Assembly (NCBI RefSeq): GCF_009914755.1
Contig: NC_060944.1
DNA: 64,000 bases
From: the human T2T-CHM13v2.0 reference genome, Homo sapiens
Direction: 5' to 3' (one strand)
How positions within the stretch are numbered: the stretch's first letter is position 1; the number at the start of each line of letters is the position of its first letter. The notes under the pieces were generated by a model. That model ran no database searches, had not been told where the DNA came from, and saw only the letters and a program-made list of their open reading frames with translations. Below are positions 37,025-51,559 of this stretch, one piece after another. The translations under genes were made by a program, and so were the position numbers.

Positions 37025-39769
37025 AGGATGTTTAAGGCAGTGAAGCTATTCTGTATTATATTGTATTACTGGATAAATTTCACAAAACCCATACAATCCT
37101 ATGACACAAAAAGTGAGCCCCAGTGTGAAGTGTGGACCTCGGTGAATGATAGTGTATCAATACCGGTTTGTCGATTGTAGCAAATGCAAGATGTTAACAA
37201 GAAAGTTGTACGCCTGTGTCTGGAGGGGAAATGGTGTCTGTGAATGCTCCATACATCCTGCTAAATTTTTCTGTAAACCTAAAACTGCTCTGAAATATAA
37301 AGTCCATTAATATTTTTAGAGTGGTAGTGGAGAGGATGCAGGGCATGTACTATTCATAGTCTTCTATGAACAGCAGACTGCAGACTTTGTGGAGTTTGGA
37401 GGAAAGCAAAGGAGGCCCAGCCTGAAGCAGCTGCTTCCACCTGGAACAGCAGATGGATAATCCACTGTGGCCCCTAGAACCCTGAACGCTGGGGTTCTGG
37501 GAAAAGGATGGCCCTGTTTCTAATCTCAGAACCGACAGTGTTTGTGTTTTCACACCTATAAATTGAGGCTGATATTGCAAGTCCCACTCCGGCAGCGGGA
37601 GGATGAGCTGAGATGTTAGGTGTGAACGTGTGAGGTACCCCCAGGATTAGTGCCTCCCTGAGCCAGTCCACCTGGCATCTTTGTTCCAGGCCTAACTTCC
37701 CCGCTGGACTGTGAGGTCTGAGGGCCAGCAACCGTGTCTCTTGTATCCCCAGCTGCCTCTGTGAAACGTAGCACAGCCCCTGTGCATAGTTGGAGCCCTG
37801 AATTAATCAGTGAATTTAGAGGATTCAACAGGGATGGGACAAGAGACTTTGAATCCTTCATATAGGACTAGGCTGAGCTCAGTTCCTCTGAGCCTGACAT
37901 CTGTGCTGTTCTCACTTATCCATGCACATGAACCCAAGTATGCTACACAAAGGCACTGATTGCCGCTGGACCAAAGGGGCCTTCCTCATCCTTGATTGAC
38001 GGAGCTGCGCCTCTCTGGTCCTGGGAGAACCCCATGTCATCTCTGGAGAACATCCACGGTCCTTCTTAATCAGCCATCCAGTTTTCTCTCTTCTTTTTCC
38101 TTCGTCATAGAATTCTCCAGAAGAAACCAGTCTTGAGACAGCAAAAGTGTTGCCTGAATGTCAGAGATGCTTTTCATTCTCACACAATGTGTCCAAGCCA
38201 CACAGCTGAAGGCTGTGTGCAGATCTCGGCCTTCTGCTAGGGTCCCTCACGCAGCCCCTTGAACCTCTTCCTTCTGCAGCTGTTGGGGGCAGAGAAGGGA
38301 ACTTGCATCCTCCCAATCCATCCTCTGATGCCCTAACCCCCAACACCACTAATTCGTCTGCACTCACGGCCTCTTCTGCGTGCAGCTGGCCATCTGGACC
38401 TAGTCCATTGGGATGAATCTTGTTCCTGGGATTAGTTTCCCTATGTGGCTTGAGCGCTGAGTTGCCTGTTGAGTTACCCAGATGATCATGTCAGTATCAC
38501 CCCACCTTCTTCCTTAGGGTCTCCTTTCTGCCTCCCATGTGGTGTCTGATCACTTGGAGGCCCCTCCTGGCTGTCCTGAGACTCCCATTGTCACGAGCCC
38601 TTCCCCAGGAAGAGGACTTCCAGCCTCCTCTGCGCCCCTGCCTCACTTCCCCCATCACATCAGGCATTCATGTGCCAACCCAAGGTGGCCCCTTACTGGA
38701 AAACTATCAAAACTGAAGTCTCAGGAAGGTGTTGGAGCGGAAACATTTGGAAGTGACTGTGTGCCTTCCCCAGAAGATTAAATACTGATGTGCATTCTGA
38801 GTCACCTGGGGATATGTCAAGAATAGTGTCACTCAGGCCCTGATGATATTTGCTGAACCTGATCTACAGAGCCGGGCAGGGGTCCATGCAATCAAATTTT
38901 TAAGGCGCTTGTCAGGCAGTCCCACTGTCAGTTAGTTCCCCTTCTCCCAGGAAGTGGCTCTCCAGTGGGGCATGTGTGTCTGAGAAGGCGGCATCTTCCC
39001 CTGGCCTCTCCAGTTTCTTCTCCATTAGAGTTCCAACCACAGAGCCAGAAAGTGGAGCACCTAGGCTTGCTGGAGGTTTGCTTCCTGAGGACAGATGCTC
39101 GGCAGGGAGCCCCCATGTGCTACCTGAGCAGAAGGCAGTGGCCTGGGCACTTCCATCCCACTCGCCGGGGATCCCAGCCACCTCTCACAGCCTAGGACTT
39201 GTGTTCTGCAGAAAGTGATCAGCTGTAATCCCAAAATTTGATAAGAAAACCCGGTGAAAGTTAACTTGAAAGGAGCCACCCAGCCCCTCTGTAGGTGAGA
39301 GCGGTTTCACCCAGGCCCTCATTACCCAGCAGACAGCCTCACACTCCAGGTGGATATGTTAGCACCGAAGACCTACTCTCCACCTTCTTCCCCTCTCCTT
39401 GGTCTCTGGTATTTTATGGCCACTGTCCTATGACTCCTACTCCCAGCATGTCCCTTGTTTTCTGCCTCCCTTTAAATCCAATGTTATCTATTTTACTGTT
39501 TAATTTGATTTCCTCTCCTAGGACGTTAGTTTTTATCATCTTCCTTGCACTCCCCCGACCCTTGCCTCTGGAATCCCAGGCAGATGGTGCGTTCACCGGG
39601 ACCCACTCTTGCAAGCCCTGCCCTGTTCCTTTTCATTCCTACTTCCTTGTGGGGCAGCGGCTTGGGCAGGTGCAGCATCACGGGACCACTCCCCACTCCT
39701 GCAAGGCCAAGTCCTGGGAAACTCCTCTCCTCTCCCAGCTTTTGCAATCCTGTATTCGGGTTTCTCTAT

Positions 39770-40360
39770 TTGGGTATTTGCTGAGCCCTGCAGGCCAGAT
39801 GCTGTCCCAGGTGCTAGGGACAGAACAGAACATTGTGTAGGTAGGAGTGCCCCTGCCCTTTGGAAATATTCAAGAAGCTCAGAACCAGAGCAAGAGGGGT
39901 GAGCAGCTGTCACTACCTAGCAGCCTTGCCGGGGGTCCCGCAGGCCTCTCTGAGCAGAAGCCTGTGTGCCGAGCAGCCATCAGCCATCAGGGCATCTGGG
40001 GCCGAATGTTCCAAATGGCAAGTTCAGAGACCCAGATGCAGGAACCAGCTAGGGAGAAACAAGAGGCCATTGGTTGGGAGTGGAGTGCAGTGCCGGGACA
40101 CCGGACTGAGGACTCGGGCAGAGGCCAGAGGGTTTAGGACCTGTGGGCTGTTATTGAGTGTCTACAGGAGGGCCCCTGAGGGCTTTAAGCCAGGACTGGG
40201 ATGTCACAGTCTTGATTCAGTCTTCAGTGGGTCCCTCTGGGGCCTGGTTTGCAGAGAGAACCCAGTGAGGAGGAGACCGGCAGAGATCCAGGTGAGCAAT
40301 GATGGATCTCCAGTTTTCAGCTAGAGGGAAGTGGATGCACTTGGGATATGCTTTGGGATA
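39770..40360 (-). mobile_element. L2 LINE 3' remnant
   Basis: tatttgctgagcc..ccaggtgctaggga ... gagggctttaagc ... ccaggtgagcaatgatgg. Confidence 0.55.
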
Positions 40361-42724
40361 AGAATCAACCACAAAAGGAAAAAAAGATAAAAATTAAAGT
40401 AAAAGAAAAACATTCAGTTCTCTGCCCCACCTTAATGGTACCAGGATACGGGGCAGGTGAATGCATTAAGTCCCAGATGTGAAGCGCACAGTCCATCCCA
40501 CGCCGGGGAGGCGGGCGGGGTGGCGGGGGGGGTCCCAGGGAACAGGTGCAGAGGACGGGGCCAGGCTGAGGGAACTGGGGCCCACGTCCCCCGTGGGACA
40601 TGGGAGTGTAACAAGGTGCACTGTGTCTCACACTGACACTATTAGTCCACCCATGTCAGCGGCTCCCGCTCCAGCAGAGGTTACCCTGACCTCCTTTCTC
40701 CTCTGTCAAGCTGCTTCTATAAACCAGCCAGAGACAAGGCAGACATGATGCGAGGTGGAGCCAGGGCCCTGTCGTTGGCCTCCCTGTGACACGTGTGTCT
40801 CTGCTCCCACCTCTGGTGTTCCCCCCTTTTTAACAGCAGACAAGAAACAAACAAGCAAAGCAACAACATGGAACAAACAAAAGCCCTGGGATCTCAAAAC
40901 GGCCCCTCCCCATCTTCTGTTGCCAGGACGCATCTCCCTTCTCCAGCAGATCCGATACCTTTGATTGTTGCATGGTTTGACTGTTTTGTTTTGAATTTTT
41001 TTCCCCTTGTGAATTGCATCTCCTGCTCCATGGAAATTTCCAAAGATTCAAAGACCCCCAAGTCCCAGGGGAGTGAGAGAAGCAGCCTCACCTGGTTCTT
41101 CCTCAGAACCCAGCGTGCATGGTGTGCTTCTTTGGAGCACAGTCATGACTAAGGCTGTAAGTCTGAACTCAGCCAGCCCTGGGTTCCAGGTCAAGCTCCT
41201 CCCCTCTTTTCATGCCTCAGTGTCTTCATCTGTATAATGGGGGAGTGCAGGAAGTACCCCAGGGTACAGTGCAGCCAGTGGGGGTCATCGTTGGTATCAT
41301 TGCTTTATGGGTCCACCCCCTGGGGGCTCCTAGAGGGTTAGAGCCTGGGCCACATGTGGAGAGGGGAACACCCTGTTCCCCCACCCTCAAGGCTCTCGGA
41401 GTGGCCAGAGGGCGGACACACAGAAAGGAGCTCCACCACACTGTGAGGAGAGAGGTGTCCACCAAGCCCTGCAGCAGCTAAAGCCAACACAGTGCTCCGA
41501 GAGAAAGGAGCTCCGGAGGGAGCAGCAGAGGCACAGGCACAGAGCCTGGATGGGGGCGTGTGCTTCTGGATGGACTAGAGGGTCAGGATTCTGCTGGTGG
41601 CGAGTGGGCCAGGCTGAGCATGAGACTGGAAAAGGAAAGAAGACAGCCCTAGGTTGGAAGGGGACATTTGCATCTTTCCCCCTGGGATTTCTGCTTCCAA
41701 GGGATGCACCTCACAGCCATGCCCCCAGGTCCTAAGTCACGCTGCCTGGAGTAGAATCTCAGCCCACCCCGTGCCGGCGGGTGACCCAGGCCAGGCTGCT
41801 CACATACCCAAGTCTGTCCTGTCTGTGGACCATGGGCATCACCACCTCCGTCCTATGTGAGGATCGCATGGGATCATGACTGAAAACCTTCGACACAGTA
41901 CCTGCCACACAGTACATAGGGATCCCTGTTCATGGAGAAAGATAGATTTTGAAAAACCTACAACAATAACTCTATTCCTTTCTTTATTCCCAGTGTAGCT
42001 TCACCTCGGCGGGTGAGCGTTATTGGAATGGAAGGCAGGGAGTGATCTGTACTGGTCTCTCTGCTGCCTGCTCGCCCCTCTCAATCTCTCCTTTGCTTTT
42101 TGCTTTAAGATCGCTCTTCTCTATTGCATGCAGGGAGTTTTCTTGAGCTGGGTAGCAGGCTGATTCCATTCATTTCTACAGTGCCTTGAATATCTTCAAT
42201 CGCCCACAAAGACAATGTTTTATTCTACGAACACACCTTTTGCCAACATCTCACTGCTTTCTGTACAAAACAGCCTTTTTGTCGAACATTGAAGTGTCTA
42301 CAATAATAACTATCAATAGGGAAGGAAACAAATTAACATCCAACGAATATAGGGAAATGTGGCCCTGATACAAGCACTTGGTTTTTGCTTCTAAAGAGGA
42401 ACCCCTTCCCAGACTCACCTCATCGAGAGGGAGACAGAGAAGTCTATCAAGCTTAGCAAACATCTGTAGTCCAATTACTGTCAACAGTTTACAGGTGTTG
42501 AGAGCAAACAGTCACTTATACACTACCTCCCAAATGCATTCTCTTAATCTCTCTTAGAAACAAACGCACACATTTTTCTAGGGCTCTTTATCCAAAGTGC
42601 AGAGAGACTAGCTCCTCCTCCAGGCCAGCTGTGGTCTTCCCTGCACTGGGTGGACCAAAGGCAGGCCACAGTCCCACTGGCCAATGTGCCAAACACTGTG
42701 CCAGGGTTTCTCCAGCTACCCCAG

Positions 42725-43160
42725 GCAGAGGCCCAGGCTCCACCCCTGGAGGTCCAGGTTCTGGAAATCCAGGGTGGGGCATAGGAGAGAGCATTTTTCT
42801 GATGCTTCCAGCTGCTGCTCTGTTACGTGGGACATACTGTCTGTGGGACAGGCCGTGATTCTCAAATGCTAGTGGCATGAGCATGGACTGGAGAGATTGT
42901 TACAAGGTCAGCTTCCAGGCCCCACTTGCAAAAGCTCCAAGTCCATGGATTTCAGGTGGAGCCTAGGAACTGGCATTTTTCATGAGTTTCTCTGTGATTT
43001 TGTTGCAGATGATTGCAGACCAGAGGTGGGCGTGGCGGGGAATCCCATCAGCATTCAGAATCAATGTAGCAGGTCTGGGGTAAGGCCTGAGTTTCTGCAT
43101 TTTTAACAAGCTCCTGGGGGATCTTGATGCTGCTGGTCTGGGGACCACACTCAGAGTGAC
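42725..43160. mobile_element. Cluster of MER5-family DNA transposon fragments
   Basis: Three successive degenerate MER5 motifs, e.g. caggtctggggtaaggcctgagtttctgcatttttaacaagctcc..gggaccacac. Confidence 0.6.
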
Positions 43161-45580
43161 AGACTGAAGACCATTCTTTGGAGGCACTGCTTTGTATTTT
43201 AGGTCATATTTTTCTTTTCTGTCTCAGCAATCTTTGCTGCTGCATTCAGAGTAAGTCTGATAAACCAATGCTCTCTACTGGACTCCTGTCAGTTACTGCA
43301 GTGTTTCTGAAACTATGTATTTCGGAAAATGCGAGTTCCCGTAAGACATTACAGCTGTGTAAGAAGGTTTCTTTGAACAAAGTTGGGGCCATGCTGCGTG
43401 TGCCAGGGTCCCAGCTCTGGGTGAGAATGCTGGCACTGCAGCTTTCCCCGTGCCTGCCCTCTGCACCCTCCTCTGCCTGACTGTATAGTGGAGTTAGAAG
43501 GACTCCAAGAGCAACTTTACATAAAGCTCCTACACATGTCCCTGGCACATAGCTAGCACCTTGTAAGGACAGGCTATTGTCAAACTCTACCCTTTCTGGA
43601 AATCACGCTGCAGTAGACTCAAGATTCATTCAGTAGTAGAGGGAGATGTGCTTAACACAGTGTTTGGAGTTCAGGACCCACCTGCTCCTGGACCCCAGTC
43701 TCCCTGCCACACACTCATACCTTTTCTTTTTCAAATTGGCGCGCTCCTCAGCGCTTCAACAGTTTCGCAGAGCACGTTGGAGCAAATGCGGGGGTCTGTG
43801 ATGCCTCTCCAAAGAAATAACTCGCATAATGCTCAGGCCTCCTGCAGACAAAGGTGTATCCCCAGCGACAGATATTTTAAGAAAATAGACCAGGGACACA
43901 AGACAAGAGAGCTGTCTTGGTGTCTAAAGCAGTCTTGGACAGCTTCTGATGTCGCTCGAGCAGTGGTGAAGCACCTTGAATAAGGAGGAAAGCAGAGGGG
44001 GCGTCTTCCCAAAGGACGGGCACATGGCCGAGGAATGGAATTCTCTGTCCATGAGGATTTTGGATGGATCTGTTCATGAAACCTCACTGGCTACGCAGGA
44101 CCTTCGAGTGAGTCTAAACGTCCAGCCATGTCAACTGGTAACCTCTCCTTCTTCGGCTAGGTGGGGAGTGGGACAAGGCCATAACTGATAGGAGTCCAGG
44201 CTGGGGCAGATTTTGTGTCTCCTGACTAGTTCCATAGTTAAGTTGCAAAACCGAATCTCGCCTTGTGCTCTCGGATGTAGTGCTTACTCTGGTCCTCTGG
44301 GGTTATCTAAAATCTGGTTTCCTTAAGCGTAAGGCAGAGCTCTAACCGGGAGACCACCCTGCCCCCAAGGGTGGGGGTTCTGGGAGGGAGAGAGGGAAGC
44401 GGCTGCTCTGTAGCTTTCTCTACTGGCTTGCCCAAGTGGACTCTGATCTTGGAGCTCAACAGTGTCACTCAATCTTCCACCCTCTCCTTTGCAACCTATT
44501 TCTTAAACCAGAACTAATGTATTCTGGACACAGAGTCCCTGAAACCCCAGACAAAGAAAATTCGATGTATCTGAACAAACAAAACCGCGTTTCTTTAAAT
44601 CTCCAAGCCAAAAGGAAAAGTGCAGAAACATTTACTCACTGTCCGACCTGTACATATATTTTACCTGATAACCCTTAAAGAAGTGCCCCCCAGTTCAGCC
44701 ATCACCCATGCAGGGCAAAGGGAGCTGGAGCCGGCCCAGCCTGTCGGCGCAGACACTCCTGACAGCTCCTGTCTGGGCACTTCTTTCTTTCTTGGAGCTT
44801 CTAATTTCTTTCTTGGCTTCTGAGGCCTAACAGGGTGTTTTGATGCACACACAGGAATTACTACCGTCCCCAATCCTAGGGTACATCCCTAGCCCAGGCC
44901 AGGGCTTTGAGTTTTCCTAGGAGCGGGAGGGTCTGCAAAGCCCCACAGGCTGAAATCTCAGCGTGGCCCTCTGCTCATCTGCTCCAGGTGGAAACTCTCA
45001 CCCCTGAGCTGCCCGACCTGGGTTCAAGCCCGGGTCAGGGGAGTTAGCAAGGAGACACCTGAAAAATAAAAGGACAGAATGGAAGTGCACACTCCCACCG
45101 CGGGCCCGGGCGGGAAGTCGGACTAAGACCGCGGCGGGACCGCCCCATCCAGAAAGGGTGCCCCGGGTGTGGGGGCGGAAACCCCAGCGCTGTCTTCAGT
45201 CTCCACACCCGCGCCTTTTTCCCCTGGAAAACGAGCGTCCTTGGCCTCTTCGGCCGCAACCGGGCGGCTCCAGACGTCCAGGAGGGCAGAGGCTGGGCTG
45301 GTGCGGCGCGGGGGGCGCGGGCGCGGGCTCTGCGCCTTTAAGGCCCGCGTCGGCAGAGCGAGCGCAGGGGCCGGGCGGCGGGGCGGGGCCTCGGCGGGGC
45401 GGCCGCGGCTTCACCTGCAGCTCCGAGCGCGCGGAACAGAGGCGCGGGCGGCTGCGAGGCCGGCGGACGCACCGGCCCGAGGGAACGCGCCGCCGGCCGG
45501 ACTTGGCCTGGCTCCCGGAGCCGGGGCGGCGAGCGCGGCGGGCGCAGCGGGGCTGGAGGCTCCGGGCAGGCGCGGGGGAG

Positions 45581-45643
45581 CGGCGGCGGCGGCGGCGATC
45601 GGAGCGGCGGCGGTGGTCTCGGCGGCGGCGGCGGCGGCGGCGG
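45581..45643 (+). repeat. Interrupted CGG repeat in the 5' leader: (CGG)5-(CGG)3-(CGG)8
   Basis: (CGG)5 at 45581-45595, (CGG)3 at 45605-45613, (CGG)8 at 45620-45643; ends 48 nt before the ATG. Confidence 0.95.
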
Positions 45644-45690
45644 CAGGGAGCGGGCTCCCGGTGCCGGGCACCGGGCGGGCGGCGGGGAAG

Positions 45691-45747
45691 ATGACCGCGG
45701 GCGCCGGCGTGCTCCTTCTGCTGCTCTCGCTCTCCGGCGCGCTCCGG
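45691..45747 (+). CDS. CDH4: Cadherin-4 (R-cadherin) coding exon 1, signal peptide MTAGAGVLLLLLSLSGALR
   Basis: ATG at 45691 (gggAagATG, purine at -3); 19 codons of hydrophobic signal peptide; canonical donor CGG|GTAAGT at 45748; lies in a CpG island; peptide recognised as the human R-cadherin N-terminus. Confidence 0.97.
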
Positions 45748-48176
<2,429 letters not shown>

Positions 48177-51100
48177 TAGATGGGAGAGGCAAGGCTTGCC
48201 TCATCTTTGTGCTCTCTGTGAAATGATGGTGGTGAAGTCCACGAGGTGCAAATTGGTTGACCTGAAAGGCGTTTTGCATAACAGGTGAATGATTCAGAAC
48301 CCCGGTCATTTTTGAGTGAAGTGAATCATTTCCTGGGCAGCAAACTGTAATTCGGATGTAACATCACCCAAATAGTGTGCAGAGAGAGACCTTCTTACCA
48401 AGTATTTTTATGCATGAAGTTCTGGATACTTAAATTATCCCTGCTTTGAAATGTATGATAAAGCAGACGATGTTGTTGGAAATGCGGTAAATAAGCCCAC
48501 AGACGGTCTGTTCACAAATGTGGCATTCATTTTCATTACTGCCCCACTGACAACACGAAAACACACATGCAGGAGGGAACTACCAATTAGCTTTATCGTA
48601 ATTGCAGGATTATATCCACACTTGTGATGGGAAAGTCAGAGACAGCTTCAAAACTCAGATGACAGTAGATCATCCTGCTTATTGGTCTGTTTCCCTTTCA
48701 AGACAAACTAATTAGACTTTATATTTGCATAGGAGGGGACATAAATCAGTTCTGTGCCATGAGCACCTTGGCTGTGAGCCTTTCCTCTCTGCATCAGTTT
48801 CCTGGAAGTGGCAGCCTTTGAATTGATTTCAAAGCGATAGAGGAAGAGGACTTTTGATAAAGTATCGAAGCTAAATTTCCACATTCAGGACTGTTGACTG
48901 CCCTACCGGTTTTGTGTCCCAGGGAATGTAAACTTTTCCCTCCAGAACTGACAGCGGTTCCTGTGTATGTGTGTGTGTGCATGCATGTGCGTGAACTCGC
49001 TCACGCTTATAGTGAAGTGATTTTTCAGATCCTCGCCCTTCAAGACAGAACTTGTTGACGTGCCTTGTTGATTCCTGGTTATGTGGATAGGATTTTTATT
49101 TTGCACCGAATCCAAGTTTTCTGACTTAGTTTTGTTATCTAAACTGTGATACTACTGACTCATTAATCATCAAAAAAATAAAAAATCTCTAGGCAGTCGG
49201 CCTAGGAGCAGAATAGATGTGCAATCTAACAGGGCATACATAGTAAAGAGCTTTCAAGAGCTACTCTGTTAATTGCACTGTGTATGTCACTTTGGAGTTA
49301 GAACGGGTAGGCCATTTTCAGGATCGTTTGGTTTACTGAGAATCTCAGTGGACTCCCAGAGAAGGCCTGAGGGGATCCTTCACTCTCAGTGCGTTGGACG
49401 GTCTCTTATAACTCGTGGGGCACTGACTGCAGTCTGCTGTGTGCATGTCCTGCTGTGCTGAAACTGGCATCCTTAAGTTCTCTGATTATGTGGCCAAATA
49501 TGATAAGACCTTGGAGTATCCATTTTACTCAGGCACTTCAGAAAAATGCCTCTCTTTTTATTAATAAATACTGCTTACTACAGAAGAGAATGACAAATTC
49601 TCATGCTTTCTACAACGCAGCGTGAGATTTCAAACAAGGATCTCTTCCCTTTCATGGTGTGTTGTGTGGGGATATCTGCTCCAGTGGTCCAGGCCAAACC
49701 GTGCTGTGCTCTTGATCAGTGTGGTGGGAAAGCCTAGATCACTGGCCGGATGTCGGCCTGGCCCCTGTGCCCAGGTGGTGTTCGCCTCGTGGGGGGCCAA
49801 GAGTCACATGCCCCTGGGTGAATCTGGACCAGCTCAGACATTGTGTGGACTCATTTTCCAAGTGCCCGTTGACTTACGTGTGCAGCCCAGCCCAGGGCTG
49901 GTTCAGGGAAGCATTGCAGAGAATCTCCCAAGCACCTGAGCATGCTGGGTCCTCTCTGACCCTCCTCTAGGGGCTGTAGTCGCATTGCTTCTCCTGCGCC
50001 TGTGTGGGTCCCCTTCTCACTGTTTTCTTCCACTCGTTCTTCTGAAGGTGTAGAGTCTCAGGAAGAAAGAGATGTTTTATATCTTACAAATAATTTTGCA
50101 CATATGGAGGCAAGAGCTAAGGCTGACAGGCACTGAAACGAGGGCACAGTGACATTTCTCTCTGTACGCAGAGTACTTTGAAACTACAAGACCACGGTGA
50201 GGAGGCCTGTGTGAAGAGGAAACAGGAAGTGTGGTGTTTCTGTTATTCTGGTAGGAATCAAGTTAAACAGATAATGACTACTTATAATTGAGTTATTCCA
50301 GCGGAGAGAGCTTAACCTTAATTTGACGAGTGAAGCTTCACAGAGTGGCCATGTTCCTCTGAGTAGGCCATGAGCTATCAGCGACTGCTCCGTGGCTCCT
50401 TCTCTTTGCCTGAGTCAGCTCACAGCAGCCCCAAACATACAGATTCCAGCAGGAGCGATTTGTTACACGGTAATTAACTTGTTTATGATAAATGGATGGA
50501 AGAAATGTCGTGGCATTTTGTTTTATGTCTAAATGAAAAGCATTTGCATTCTAAAAATTTCATGCTAATTAGGCTGGAAATAGTTTTCCCCAATAGGGTA
50601 GCAAATACTATGTATTACGAACCTTCCGAGAAGCGGAGCCGCGAAGTATGGAAATGCGGGACTTCGCTGCTGATCGGAGCCTTCCGAGACGCCGCTCCTG
50701 TGTCCCCTGCCTGCGCTTTTTCTGGAGAGCATTTGAATGCAATTGCATATACTCTTATGCTGTACTTTTGTTTTTAGGATAATTCACTTATGGCCCTGAT
50801 CACTGATGCATGGCCGTATCTAAAATAGGACGGTGAAGCCGTTTGCCTTAGGCTAAAATGCAGTGTTCTCTAAACCGTAGTTTAGTCTGGGGTGATGGCT
50901 AAGCTGGTATCCTTTTCTCTGCTTTGTTAATAATTAATGGCCAGCCCGCCCGGAAGCTGCAGCCTGGTACGGTGACCTGCATTGCTCTCCCGCGTGGTGG
51001 GCGGAGTCTAGGCACACCCAGACCCGATTCATAACTCGTAGAGGCGGGAGAGTCCTAGGTGGCATAGTGGGAACCGAGGGCTCCCGGGTCGTATCTCCCC

Positions 51101-51224
51101 TCTATCCTGCAACGAAGCGGGAACAGGTGAGTGGAAACGCTGTTCACTGGGGATGGGGCGGAGCCTGGCATCCTCAGATTAACATGGGTACACTATGGGC
51201 CACAGAGTATAGAAAGAGGAGCTT

Positions 51225-51559
<335 letters not shown>

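Larger units (their letters stand above)
35900..37315 (+). mobile_element. L1M 3' region hosting the 24-bp minisatellite and an Alu
   Basis: After the array: catccatgcagtgggatattattcag ... ctaagtgaaagaagccagtctgaaaagg ... ttttctgtaaacctaaaactgctct. Confidence 0.8.
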
